A program made the position numbers and the translations under genes. From Eledone cirrhosa (lineage: Eukaryota): a stretch of 64,000 nt of DNA. Positions 41,177-54,471 of this stretch are shown piece by piece (positions within the stretch are counted from its first letter, which is position 1; each line of letters starts with the position of its first letter). The notes under the pieces were generated by a model. It searched no databases. It saw nothing but the letters and a program-made list of their open reading frames with translations, and had not been told where the DNA came from. The stretch lies in the NCBI GenBank assembly GCA_964016885.1, contig OZ024740.1, positions 77,872,001 to 77,936,000 of the forward strand, given 5' to 3'.

Positions 41177-41715
41177 TGCTACTGGTGCTACTGGTAACAA
41201 GGTTTCTTGGTGAGGAGGGTGACTTTGGACATCCTGCAGGACTAAAAACAAAACCTGTCAAAGGGCAAAGGAGCTCTTAAGAGTCAATGGCCATCCAAAA
41301 TCACCGAGAGAGATGACACCCTAGCCTTTGTCAAGGCAGAATTCTAGGAGAAGGGAAACTCTGATATAACACCTGCAACTCTGATGGTATCCAATGATGT
41401 TGACTTGTTCTTCTTTTTGGTAAATATCATCTTGTTTAAGAGAGTGGGACTGGCTTTGTGCAGTGCCTTTGCTCACTATAAAAGCTTCACGGCACAGGCA
41501 TTGCTTTATATCTGGAGATCTCTCTGCACTTGTCGTCACATGGTACCATGGGCCCAGCACTATGTGTCAATAATTGTCACAAGTGTAGTGTTTGTACCAG
41601 AGTTTTCAAGTCGCTGGCTGGAATAAAAAGTCACATTCGTTCAGCGCATCGGTAGGGGTTCTCCTACATGTATATAAAGTAGTGGCCGTACTCGAAAACG
41701 AGTTGGCAGCCACCA
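41177..41715 (+). mobile_element. RTE-derived family 1, rearranged 5' end
   Basis: Plus-strand copy between (TATG)n runs; ends gagttggcagccacca-tgtatgtatg. Confidence 0.85.
41548..41655 (+). other. 35-aa C2H2 zinc-finger mini-ORF within RTE-derived family 1 (remnant of an RTE ORF C-terminus)
   Basis: ACC-ATG-G context; MGPALCVNNCHKCSVCTRVFKSLAGIKSHIRSAHR* matches C-x2-C-x3-F-x8-H-x4-H. Confidence 0.6.
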
Positions 41716-41815
41716 TGTATGTATGTATGTATAGGTAGGTAAGTATGTGTATACAGATATATATGTATGTAACATCATATGTGTATGTTTTTATTTGTGT
41801 GGTTGTATACAAGTG

Positions 41816-42010
41816 TAATAATTGTTTCTACTTTTGGCACAAGGCCAGCAACTACCCAGTGTATTACTGGTACTTTATTTTATCGACCCCGTAAGGATGA
41901 AAGGCAAAGTTAACCTTGGCGGGATTTGAACTCAGAATGGCAAGGGCAGTAACTCTATGCGTCAAAGCATGGCGTCCGACCCTCTACCGATACTGCCAAT
42001 CCCCCGCCTT
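41816..42010 (-). mobile_element. SINE A, full-length
   Basis: Reverse complement of 4161-4346. Confidence 0.9.
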
Positions 42011-42034
42011 TGTGTAATAATACAGCTTGCAACT

Positions 42035-45000
42035 AACTGTTGTTTTTGTTGCCCTTGTTGTTGTCGTCATTGTAGTTGTTAGTGTTGTTGTTGTCGTCAT
42101 TGTAGTTGTTAGTGTTGTTGTCACTGTCGTTTTTGTCATCGTTGTAGCTGTTAGTGTTGTTGTTGTTGTCACTGTCGTTGTTAGTGTTGTTGTTGTCGTC
42201 ATTGTAGTTGTTAGTGTTGTTGTTGTTGTCACTGTCGTTGTTAGTGCTGTTGTTAGAGTTGTTGTTGTTGTTGTTGTTGTTGTCACTGTCGTTGTCATCA
42301 TTGTAGATATTAGTGTTGTTGCTGCTGTCGGTGATATTGTTGCTGCTGTCGGTGCTATTGTTGCTGCTGTTGTTGTTGTTGTTGCTGCTGTTGGTGCTAT
42401 TGTTGCTGCTGTCGGTGCTATTGTTGCTGCTGTCGGTGCTATTGTTGCTGCTGTTGTTGTTGTTGTTGTTGCTGCTGTTGGTGCTATTGTTGCTGCTGTT
42501 GGTGCTGTTGTTGCTGCTGTTGTTGTTATTGTTGCTGCTGTCGGTGCTATTGTTGCTGCTGTTGGTGCTATTGTTGCTGCTGTCGGTGCTATTGTTGCTG
42601 CTGTTGATGCTATTGTTGCTGCTGTTGTTGTTATTGTTGCTGCTGTTGGTGCTATTGTTGCTGCTGTCGGTGCTATTGTTGCTGCTGTCGGTGCTATTGT
42701 TGCTGCTGTTGTTGTTATTGTTGCTGCTGTCGGTGCTATTGTTGCTGCTGTTGGTGCTATTGTTGCTGCTGTCGGTGCTATTGTTGCTGCTGTTGGTGCT
42801 ATTGTTGCTGCTGTTGTTGTTATTGTTGCTGCTGTTGGTGCTATTGTTGCTGCTGTCGGTGCTATTGTTGCTGCTGTCGGTGCTATTGTTGCTGCTGTTG
42901 TTGTTATTGTTGCTGCTGTCGGTGCTATTGTTGCTGCTGTTGTTATTGTTGCTGCTGTCGGTGTTATTGTTGCTGCTGTCGGTGCTATTGTTGCTGCTGT
43001 TGGTGCTATTGTTGCTGCTGTCGGTGCTATTGTTGCTGCTGTTGGTGCTATTGTTGCTGCTGTTGTTGTTATTGTTGCTGCTGTCGGTGCTATTGTTGCT
43101 GCTGTTGGTGCTATTGTTGCTGCTGTCGGTGCTATTGTTGCTGCTGTTGGTGCTATTGTTGCTGCTGTTGTTGTTATTGTTGCTGCTGTCGGTGCTATTG
43201 TTGCTGCTGTCGGTGCTATTGTTGCTGCTGTTGGTGCTATGGTTGCTGCTGTTGTTGTTATTGTTGCTGCTGTCGGTGCTATTGTTGCTGCTGTCGGTGC
43301 TATTGTTGCTGCTGTCGGTGCTATTGTTGCTGCTATCGGTGATATTGTTGCTGCTGTTGTTATTGTTGCTGCTGTTGTTATTGTTGCTGCTGTCGGTGCT
43401 ATTGTTGCTGCTGTCGGTGTTATTGTTGCTGCTGTTGTTGTTGCTGCTGCTGTCGGTGCTATTGTTGCTGCTGTTGTTGTTATTGTTGCTGCTGTCGGTG
43501 CTATTGTTGCTGCTGTTGGTGCTATTGTTGCTGCTGTCGGTGCTATTGTTACTGCTGTTGTTATTGTTGCTGCTGTCGGTGCTATTGTTGCTGCTGTCGG
43601 TGTTATTGTTGCTGCTGTTGTTGTTGTTGTTGCTGCTGTCGGTGCTATTGTTGCTGCTGTTGGTGCTATTGTTGCTGCTGTTGTTGTTGTTGTTGTTGCT
43701 GCTGTCGGTGCTATTGTTGCTGCTGTTGTTGTTGTTGTTGTTGCTGCTGTTGATGCTATTGTTGCTGCTGTTGTTATTGTTGTTGCTGCTGTCGGTGCTA
43801 TTGTTGCTGCTGTTGGTACTATTGTTGCTGCTGTTGTTGTTGTTGCTGCTGTCGGTGCTATTGTTGCTGCTGTTGGTGCTATTGTTGCTGCTGTTGTTGT
43901 TATTGTTGCTGCTGTTGTTGTTATTGTTGCTGCTGTCGGTGCTATTGTTGCTGCTGTCGGTACTATTATTGCTGTTGTTGTTATTGTTGCTGCTGTTGGT
44001 GCTATTGTTGCTGCTGCGGTGCTATTGTTGCTGCTGTTGGTGCTATTGTTGCTGCTGTTGTTTGTGTTGCTGCTGTTGTTGTTATTGTTGCTGCTGTCGG
44101 TGTTATTGTTGCTGCTGTTGTTGTTATTGTTGCTGCTGTTGGTGTTATTGTTGCTGCTGTTGGTGCTATTGTTGCTGCTGTTGGTGCTATTGTTGCTGCT
44201 GTCGGTGTTATTGTTGCTGCTGTCGGTGCTATTGTTGCTGCTGTTGTTGTTATTGTTGCTGCTGTCGGTGTTATTGTTGCTGCTGTTGTTATTGTTGCTG
44301 CTGTCAGTGCTATTGTTGCTGCTGTTGTTGTTATTGTTGCTGCTGTTGGTGCTATTGTTGCTGCTGTTGGTGCTATTGTTGCTGCTGTCGGTGCTATTGT
44401 TGCTGCTGTTGGTGCTATTGTTGCTGCTGTTGTTGTTATTGTTGCTGCTGTCGGTGCTATTGTTGCTGCTGTCGGTGCTATTGTTGCTGCTGTCGGTGCT
44501 ATTGTTGCTGCTGTCGATGTTATTGTTGCTGCTGTCGGTATTATTGTTGCTGCTGTCGGTGCTATTGTTGCTGCTGTCGGTGCTATTGTTGCTGCTGTCG
44601 GTGTTATTGTTGCTGCTGTCGGTGCTATTGTTGCTGCTGTCGGTATTATTGTTGCTGCTGTCGGTGCTATTGTTGCTGCTGTCGGTGTTATTGTTGCTGC
44701 TGTCGGTGCTATTGTTGCTGCTGTTGTTATTGTTGCTGCTGTCAGTGCTATTGTTACTGCTGTCGGTGTTATTGTTGCTGCTGTTGTTGTTGTTGCTGCT
44801 GTCGATGCTATTGTTGCTGCTGTTGGTGCTATTGTTGCTGCTGCTGTTGTTGTTATTGTTACTGCTGTTGGTGCTATTGTTGCTGCTGTCTGTGCTATTG
44901 TTGCTGCTGTTGTTGTTATTGTTGCTGCTGTCGGTGCTATTGTTGCTGCTGTCGGTGCTATTGTTGCTGCTGTCGGTGATATTGTTGCTGCTGTTGTTGT

Positions 45001-48000
45001 TATTGTTGCTGCTGTTGGTGCTATTGTTGCTGCTGTTGGTGCTATTGTTGCTGCTGTTGTTGTTATTGTTGCTGCTGTCGGTGCTATTGTTGCTGCTGTC
45101 GGTGCTATTGTTGCTGCTGTCGGTGCTATTGTTGCTGCTGTCGGTGATATTGTTGCTGCTGTCGGTGCTATTGTTGCTGCTGTTATTATTGTTGCTGCTG
45201 TCGGTGCTATTGTTGCTGCTGTCGGTGCTATTGTTGCTGCTGTCGGTGCTATTGTTGCTGCTGTTGTTGTTATTGTTGCTGCTGTCGGTGCTATTGTTGC
45301 TGCTGTTGGTGCTATTGTTGCTGCTGTCGGTGCTATTGTTGCTGCTGTTGATGCTATTGTTGCTGCTGTTGTTGTTATTGTTGCTGCTGTTGGTGCTATT
45401 GTTGCTGCTGTCGGTGCTATTGTTGCTGCTGTCGGTGCTATTGTTGCTGCTGTTGTTGTTATTGTTGCTGCTGTCGGTGCTATTGTTGCTGCTGTTGGTG
45501 CTATTGTTGCTGCTGTCGGTGCTATTGTTGCTGCTGTTGGTGCTATTGTTGCTGCTGTTGTTGTTATTGTTGCTGCTGTTGGTGCTATTGTTGCTGCTGT
45601 CGGTGCTATTGTTGCTGCTGTCGGTGCTATTGTTGCTGCTGTTGTTGTTATTGTTGCTGCTGTCGGTGCTATTGTTGCTGCTGTTGTTATTGTTGCTGCT
45701 GTCGGTGTTATTGTTGCTGCTGTCGGTGATATTGTTGCTGCCATCGGTGCTATTGTTGCTGCTGTTGTTGTTATTGTTGCTGCTGTCGGTGCTATTGTTG
45801 CTGCTGTCGGTGCTATTGTTGCTGCTGTTGGTGCTATGGTTGCTGCTGTTGTTGTTATTGTTGCTGCTGTCGGTGCTATTGTTGCTGCTGTCGGTGCTAT
45901 TGTTGCTGCTGTCGGTGCTATTGTTGCTGCTATCGGTGATATTGTTGCTGCTGTTGTTATTGTTGCTGCTGTTGTTATTGTTGCTGCTGTCGGTGCTATT
46001 GTTGCTGCTGTCGGTGTTATTGTTGCTGCTGTTGTTGTTGCTGCTGCTGTCGGTGCTATTGTTGCTGCTGTTGTTGTTATTGTTGCTGCTGTCGGTGCTA
46101 TTGTTGCTGCTGTTGGTGCTATTGTTGCTGCTGTCGGTGCTATTGTTACTGCTGTTGTTATTGTTGCTGCTGTCGGTGCTATTGTTGCTGCTGTCGGTGT
46201 TATTGTTGCTGCTGTTGTTGTTGTTGTTGCTGCTGTCGGTGCTATTGTTGCTGCTGTTGGTGCTATTGTTGCTGCTGTTGTTGTTGTTGTTGTTGCTGCT
46301 GTCGGTGCTATTGTTGCTGCTGTTGTTGTTGTTGTTGTTGCTGCTGTTGATGCTATTGTTGCTGCTGTTGTTATTGTTGTTGCTGCTGTCGGTGCTATTG
46401 TTGCTGCTGTCGGTGCTATTGTTGCTGCTGTCGGTGCTATTGTTGCTGCTGTTGGTGCTATTGTTGCTGCTGTTGTTGTTATTGTTGCTGCTGTTGTTGT
46501 TATTGTTGCTGCTGTCGGTGCTATTGTTGCTGCTGTCGGTACTATTATTGCTGTTGTTGTTATTGTTGCTGCTGTTGGTGCTATTGTTGCTGCTGCGGTG
46601 CTATTGTTGCTGCTGTTGGTGCTATTGTTGCTGCTGTTGTTTGTGTTGCTGCTGTTGTTGTTATTGTTGCTGCTGTCGGTGTTATTGTTGCTGCTGTTGT
46701 TGTTATTGTTGCTGCTGTTGGTGTTATTGTTGCTGCTGTTGGTGCTATTGTTGCTGCTGTTGGTGCTATTGTTGCTGCTGTCGGTGTTATTGTTGCTGCT
46801 GTCGGTGCTATTGTTGCTGCTGTTGTTGTTATTGTTGCTGCTGTCGGTGTTATTGTTGCTGCTGTTGTTATTGTTGCTGCTGTCAGTGCTATTGTTGCTG
46901 CTGTTGTTGTTATTGTTGCTGCTGTTGGTGCTATTGTTGCTGCTGTTGGTGCTATTGTTGCTGCTGTCGGTGCTATTGTTGCTGCTGTTGGTGCTATTGT
47001 TGCTGCTGTTGTTGTTATTGTTGCTGCTGTCGGTGCTATTGTTGCTGCTGTCGGTGCTATTGTTGCTGCTGTCGGTGCTATTGTTGCTGCTGTCGATGTT
47101 ATTGTTGCTGCTGTCGGTATTATTGTTGCTGCTGTCGGTGCTATTGTTGCTGCTGTCGGTGCTATTGTTGCTGCTGTCGGTGTTATTGTTGCTGCTGTCG
47201 GTGCTATTGTTGCTGCTGTCGGTATTATTGTTGCTGCTGTCGGTGCTATTGTTGCTGCTGTCGGTGTTATTGTTGCTGCTGTCGGTGCTATTGTTGCTGC
47301 TGTTGTTATTGTTGCTGCTGTCAGTGCTATTGTTACTGCTGTCGGTGTTATTGTTGCTGCTGTTGTTGTTGTTGCTGCTGTCGATGCTATTGTTGCTGCT
47401 GTTGGTGCTATTGTTGCTGCTGCTGTTGTTGTTATTGTTACTGCTGTTGGTGCTATTGTTGCTGCTGTCTGTGCTATTGTTGCTGCTGTTGTTGTTATTG
47501 TTGCTGCTGTCGGTGCTATTGTTGCTGCTGTCGGTGCTATTGTTGCTGCTGTCGGTGATATTGTTGCTGCTGTTGTTGTTATTGTTGCTGCTGTTGGTGC
47601 TATTGTTGCTGCTGTTGGTGCTATTGTTGCTGCTGTTGTTGTTATTGTTGCTGCTGTCGGTGCTATTGTTGCTGCTGTCGGTGCTATTGTTGCTGCTGTC
47701 GGTGCTATTGTTGCTGCTGTCGGTGATATTGTTGCTGCTGTCGGTGCTATTGTTGCTGCTGTTATTATTGTTGCTGCTGTCGGTGCTATTGTTGCTGCTG
47801 TCGGTGCTATTGTTGCTGCTGTCGGTGCTATTGTTGCTGCTGTTGTTGTTATTGTTGCTGCTGTTGGTGCTATTGTTGCTGCTGTCGGTGCTATTGTTGC
47901 TGCTGTCAGTGCTATTGTTACTGCTGTTGTTATTGTTTCTGCTGTCGGTGCTATTGTTGCTGCTGTCGATGTTATTGTTGCTGCTGTTGTTGTTGTTGCT

Positions 48001-48395
48001 GCTGTCGATGCTATTGTTGCTGCTGTTGTTGTTATTGTTGCTGCTGTCGTTGTTATTGTTGCTGCTGTTGGTGCTATTGTTGCTGCTGTTGTTGTTATTG
48101 TTGCTGCTGTTGGTGCTATTGTTGCTGCTGTTGTTGTTATTGTTGCTGCTGTCGGTGCTATTGTTGCTGCTGTCTGTGCTATTGTTGCTGCTGTCGGTGC
48201 TATTGTTGCTGCTGTCAGTGTTATTGTTGCTGCTGTCGGTGCTATTGTTGCTGCTGTCGGTGCTATTGTTGCTGCTGTCGGTGCTATTGTTGCTGCTGTT
48301 GTTGCTGTTGCTGCTGTCGGTGCTATTGTTGCTGCTGTTGTTGTTGTTGCTGCTGTTGGTGCTATTGTTGCTGCTGTTGTTGTTGGTGGTAGTGT
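42035..48395 (+). repeat. 21-bp minisatellite array, ~6.3 kb, consensus GCTATTGTTGCTGCTGT(C/T)GGT with (GTT)n variants
   Basis: Direct reading; the antisense frame reads (TAATIAP)n. Confidence 0.97.
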
Positions 48396-48587
48396 TGTTC
48401 TTGATATTTAGCCACAGGTCAATCTTGGCTGAGAAGACCCCTGGACAAAAACGTTCTTCCCGTTTTTTTTTTGTTTTTTTTTTGTCACCTCGACAATTGT
48501 CTACCTTGGACTATTATATTAGAAGTGGTCTTCCCTCTTTTCAAATAGTACGCTGTAGATTTAGGGCGATTTAGGCGAGATATATAT

Positions 48588-48860
48588 ATCGACTTTCGTT
48601 AAATCGGACCTAGGAAACAATGTTTCCGTTGGTCTTTTTTGTTGCTAGTACTTTCTATCGGTCGCAAACTCCAGGTAGACAAAGCAGCGTGAAATAAACT
48701 GTCTTGCTCAAGGACATAACGCATCTCCCCGTTCGGGAATCGAACTCACACCTCACGATTGCGAATCCAATTCTCTAACCATTCAGCCATGCACCTTCAA
48801 ACAACTGTGAAGACCAACGGAAACATTGTTTCTTCGGTCCGATTTGACGAAAGTCGATCG
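48588..48860. mobile_element. SINE B (-, 48588-48798) followed by an inverted SINE B 3' fragment (+, 48811-48860)
   Basis: aagaccaacggaaacattgtttc-tcggtccgatttgacgaaagtcgat is present in both orientations. Confidence 0.85.
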
Positions 48861-48949
48861 AGAAATTTTTGCTCAGTGACTCTCATTAACTCATAGCCAT
48901 TAGTGATAATATGTAATATGTTGTGTATATTGTAAGACGAATACTCCGT

Positions 48950-49457
48950 ATGTGTGTGTGTATATATATATATATATATGAGTGAATGCGTTCGTTTGTG
49001 GGGTGAGGGGCAAAGTGCGTACTCATGAGTCTGTGTGTGTCTGTGTGTGCGGGGTGGGGAGTACGACATCTTTGTGTATTTGTGTGTATGCGTGTATGTA
49101 TGTGTATGTGTGCGTGTTTATGTGTGCATATCTGTGTATATATGTGTGTATGTGTGTGTGTATGTGTGTATGTGTGTGTGTATAAGTGTGTATGTGTGTG
49201 TGTGTGTATGTATATATGTATATGTATGTGTGTGTATGTGTGCATATGAGTGTATATATGTGTGTGTATGTATATGTGAGCATATGTATGTGTGTGTGTA
49301 TATATATATATATATGTGTGTATGTGTGTATGTATGTGTATATATGTGTATATGTGTGCGTGTGTTTATGTCCTAGTTATAGTTATGGTTTGTTGTTTTT
49401 GTTAGTATTTTTTCTTTTAATATCACAACACAATGGGTCTCTTTATTCTCAAAGCTG

Positions 49458-49515
<58 letters not shown>

Positions 49516-49567
49516 AACACAGGCATATACACGCTCATATGCGCACACACACACATATATATATATA

Positions 49568-49610
<43 letters not shown>

Positions 49611-50045
49611 GTATGCATACTTATATAATTGTGTTCATATAGAAAATTATGAACGTCTGTTCAAATAGTTTTTCATACACACACACACATGCACAAACGA
49701 ACATACACACACATTCACACACATACACGCACACACACAAACATAAACATACACACGCTCACATAAACACACATACACACAAACATATCACACATTCACA
49801 TACAAACATAGATACATATTCACACACATACGCAAACATAGCACACGCACATACACAGACGTGCACAAACACACACATACACACAAACACATTCACACAC
49901 ACACAAACATACACACAAACATATCATACGTACACACACACATACACAGACGTACACACATACACACATATTCACGCAGAATCACACATATACACAAACA
50001 TACACAGAAACATATCACACATACACACACGTACACACACATACC
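48950..50045. repeat. Degenerate (TG)n then (CA)n microsatellite field
   Basis: Direct reading. Confidence 0.9.
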
Positions 50046-50145
50046 ACAATAGTGTCGTTTGACAATAATTTGACACCGACTACATCACCGTGACCCCCAC
50101 AGCATATTACCACACAGTATCTATTCCATCACAAGGTATATGTAT

Positions 50146-51007
50146 ATCTCTTTCTCTTAATTTGAGTATATTTTTTTGACCGGCCACCTTCCTGGTGGCA
50201 AGGTTGTAAAAGAAAAGAAATTGTCATCCCTTGAATCGCAAGAATGTTTTGCAAATTTTGAAGGTGCCAGCTATCGCAGCCATTTGTAGACTATGAATTA
50301 GGGAGTTGCGCTCTTTGTCCGCAAATCCAAGTTCAGTCATACTTTGGTCCAAGCGGGTTGGTATATAACCCGTAGCTCCAATATTGATGGGTATGAAGCT
50401 AAAGGTGTATCTTGGATACTGGATTTGTAAACTCCTCATCAATGGTCCGTAGATGTCCTCCTTCTGCTGTATTTTTCTGACAACGTTTACATCAAGTGGG
50501 CAGCTGATCTCCACAACAGAACACGTTTTCAATGTGTGGTCCCAAACAACAATATCAAGCCGGTTGTGCTTTAATTTGGTGGCAGTTTTTATTTTCAGGT
50601 TCCACCAGTATTCCTTAGTGCCATCTGTCTCAATATATTCTTCCTCGTTTGTTGTTAATTTTGTTTTCCGAAGTGCGTTCCAGATGGTTCTAGCTATCCC
50701 ATCGTCTCTCATGGGGAGGTAGTAGCGAGATGACATTCTTTCGCAGCTGGCAACAATGTGGCTTACATCCTCGATCTTTGTTTTACATAGCCTACATTTA
50801 TTGTCAGGTGATGGCCCTCCCCTTTTGTGCAGCAGATATTTGGTAGGGAGTTCTTGTTCCTGTATTGCATAGAGATATCCCTCAAGGTGTGATGTCATAA
50901 ACTTGTCGGAACTCCATGCCAGGCTTTTTGAGTGGTTTATCCCATCTATGGTCTGCGTTTTACGTCTCAAGTATCCATGCACAACTTTTTCTGTAAATTG
51001 GTCAATT
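50146..51007 (-). mobile_element. R4/Dong-like LINE lineage 2, 5'-truncated
   Basis: ORF 50224-50982: EGYLYAIQEQEL.TK...CRLCKTKIEDVSHIVASC...MRDD...RLDIVVWD...VVEISCP...KEDIY...KICKTFLRFKG; distinct 3'UTR with a gccacc/ggtggc hairpin. Confidence 0.9.
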
Positions 51008-51110
51008 ATGTATGTATGTATGTATGTATGTATGTATGTATGTATGTATGTATGTATGCAAGTATTTGTGTATGTATGTATGCAAGTATTTGTGTATGTA
51101 TGTATGTATG

Positions 51111-51144
<34 letters not shown>

Positions 51145-51208
51145 TGTATGTATGTATATAGGTATGTGTATGTATGTATGTATGTATGTATGTATGTATG
51201 TATGTATG

Positions 51209-52105
51209 TTCTTCTGCTTTTATAATTTCACAAATTTTTTCCCATAGAGAGAGAGTCGGTTTCTAACATAGACACAAGACTCTCTCATTGGAATTTACAC
51301 ATCAACTAGGTAGATTATGTATGCATGCATGCATGTGTAGATATGGATGTTATTGTATGTGTGGATGTGTATGTTTTGAGTTGTATGTGTGCATGTGTAT
51401 ATGCTTTGTATCTGTACATGTGTATATGCAGTTATTAGATGCAAAATCTTTGGAATGTTTTACATACTTTTACTGTTCCAGTAATGGATTGTACTTGTAA
51501 TTTCCTAACTAGTTGTGTTCTTTCTGTTCCTGTGAAGCCTAGCTTCTCAAGATTTGTATTGAGGCAGTTACTCAGTGCCCCAATAATCACAGGCATAAAT
51601 CTGAAGGTGTAATCAGTTCTGCATAAATATTCTCCTTTTCTTTAATCTTTAATATTATATTGGCATCTGCTGGGCAGCTAATTTCCACTACTGTGCATAC
51701 TTTCTTCTCCCTGTCCCATATCATAATATCTGGTCTGTTACGCCTGCATTTTATTGGGTTTTTACTGGAACATTCCACCAGTACTCCTTCATATTATGTA
51801 CATGGATGTCTTCCACATTGTTGTAGCTTTTAATGTGTTTATTATCGGGGCTATCTTTTTTACGAACTGCATTGTACAGTGTTTTGGCCACTACATCATG
51901 CCTCATAGGTAGATAGTACCGCGATGGACAGCTGCTTATGACATGGGTGATATCCTCGATGTTAGTTCTGCAGAGTCAGCACTTGTTATCACATCTAGGT
52001 GTTTTGCTGCAGCCCTATCTCTTTTGTGAATCAGGTATTTCGTGTTAATCTCCTGTTCTTGGATTGCAAAAGCGTATCCTTTAAAGTGGGAGCCATATAG
52101 CGGTT
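51209..52105 (-). mobile_element. R4/Dong-like lineage 1, 5'-truncated with small deletions
   Basis: Reverse complement of about 58478-59400; bounded by (TATG)n. Confidence 0.9.
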
Positions 52106-52129
52106 GTATGTATGTATGTATGTATGTAT

Positions 52130-52862
52130 ATAATTGTCACAAGTGTAGTGTTTGTACCAGATGTTTCAAGTCGCTGGCTGGTCTAAAAAGTCACACTCGT
52201 TCAGCGCATCGGTAGGGGTTCTCCGACATGGATATAAAGTAGTGGCCGTACTCGGAAACGAGTTGGCAGCCACCATGTATGTATGTATCCCAGTACAACC
52301 TGTCTCATGGTCGGGTCGTTGGCGACTAAACTCCCCCCCCCCACCAAGGATTCTTGGTGAGGAGGGTGACTTTGGACATCCTGCAGGACTAAAAACAAAA
52401 CCTGTCAAAGGGCAAAGGAGCTCTTAAGAGTCAATGGCCATCCAAAATCACCGGGAGAGATGACCCCTTAGCCTTTGTCAAGGCAGAATTCTAGGAGAAG
52501 GAAAACTCTGATATAACACCTGCAACCCTGATGGTATCCAATGATGTTGACTTGTTCTTCTTTTTGGTAAATATCATCTTGGTTAAGAGAGTGGGACTGG
52601 CTTTGTGCAGTGCCTTTGCTCACTATAAACGCTTCACGGCACAGGTATTGCTTTATATCTGGAGACCTCGCTGCACTTGTCGTCACATGGTACCATGGGC
52701 CCAGCACTATGTGTCAATAATTGTCACAAGTGTAGTGTTTGTACCAGAGTTTTCAAGTCGCTGGCTGGACTAAAAAGTCACACTCGTTCAGCGCATCGGT
52801 TGGGGTTCTCCTACATGGATATAAAGTAGTGGCCGTCCTCGAAAACGAGTTGGCAGCCACCA
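52130..52862 (+). mobile_element. Two 5'-truncated RTE-derived family 1 copies in tandem (52130-52275, 52286-52862)
   Basis: Both end gagttggcagccacca; each begins within (TATG)n. Confidence 0.85.
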
Positions 52863-53192
52863 TATAGGTATGTATGCATGGATATATGTATGTATATATA
52901 TGTATGCATATATTTGTATATGTATGAATGTAAGTATGCATGTATGTATATAGGTATATATGTATGTATGTATTTATGTATGTTTGTATGAATATAGCTA
53001 TGTATGTATATATGTGCGTTTGTATGTATGCATGTATATATGTATGTATATATGTATGTATGCGTGTATGTGTGTGTGTATGTGTATATGTGTGTATGTA
53101 TATATGTATGTGTGTGTGTATGTATGTATGTATGTGCCTAAGTGTAAACGTCCGAGTGTGTGTATTGTATTACATAGGTTTATGCGTGTTAA

Positions 53193-53254
<62 letters not shown>

Positions 53255-53430
53255 AGTGTATGTTGAAGAATATATATCGTCCTTTAGTAGATTATCACTA
53301 ATGTTGTGATCTGTGATTTATACATACATAGACACACACACATACATACATACACACATACATACATACATACATACATACATACATACATACATACATA
53401 CATACATACATACTTACATACATACATACA

Positions 53431-53831
53431 CCTTCAGATTTATGCCTGTGATTATTGGGGCACTGAGTAACTGCCTCAATACAAATCTTGAGAAGCTAGG
53501 CTTCACAGGAACAGAAAGAACACAACTAGTTAGGAAATTACAAGTACAATCCATTAATGAAACAGTAAAAATATGTAAAACATTCCAAAGATTTTGCATC
53601 TAATAACTGTATATACACATGTACAGATACTAAGCATATACACATGCACACATACAACTCAAAACATACACATCCACGCATACAATAACATCCATATCTA
53701 CACATGCAAACATGCAGACATATCTACCTAGTTGATGTTGTGTAAATTCCAATGAGAGAGTCTTGTGTCTATGTTAGAAACCGACTCTCTCTCCATTGGT
53801 AAATCTTTGTGAAATTATAAAACCAGAAGAA
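53431..53831 (+). mobile_element. R4/Dong-like lineage 1, 3' fragment
   Basis: TFRFMPVIIGAL...KICKTFQRFCI* followed by the 3'UTR and (CATA)n. Confidence 0.9.
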
Positions 53832-53931
53832 CATACATACATACATACATACATACACACATACATATACATATATACATACACACATACATACATACAT
53901 ACATACATACATACATACATACATACATACA

Positions 53932-53962
<31 letters not shown>

Positions 53963-54186
53963 GCATACATACACACATACATGCATACACACATACATAT
54001 ACATTCTCACATACATACGCACATACATATACATACATACAAACAAACATACACGCCTACATGCATATATACATACATACGTACACACATATTTACATAT
54101 ATACATACAATCATACAAACATACATATATACCGACATACAAACGCATAGATAATTACATACATGCATACACATACTTACATACAA

Positions 54187-54432
54187 GCCCCATAGTGGAA
54201 ATCAGTAGCCCAGCAGATGTCAATATAATGCTAAAGATTAGCGAAAAAGAGAGTAATTATGCTGAACTAATGAGGAATCTGCAGATACTCTACCCTCACT
54301 ATACCTTTAGATTTGTACCTGTGGTCATGAGGGCTCATGGATATGTTAGTAATTGCCTCAGTACACATCTTGAAAGGATAGACTTCACAGAACCAGAAAG
54401 AACATGGTTAATTAGGAAGTTGCAAGTACAGA
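54187..54432 (+). mobile_element. Diverged R4/Dong-like RLE fragment
   Basis: IVEISSPADVNIMLKISEKESNYAELMRNLQILYPHYTFRFVPVVM...LIRKLQVQT. Confidence 0.8.
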
Positions 54433-54471
54433 CCATACATACATACATACATACATACATACATACATACA

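Noticed and set aside
42027-48574. Very long plus-strand ORFs (1843, 888 and 912 aa)
   Set aside because: Poly-V/A/L/C translations of the 21-bp repeat, which lacks stops by composition; the frames swap at the 1-nt deletions.
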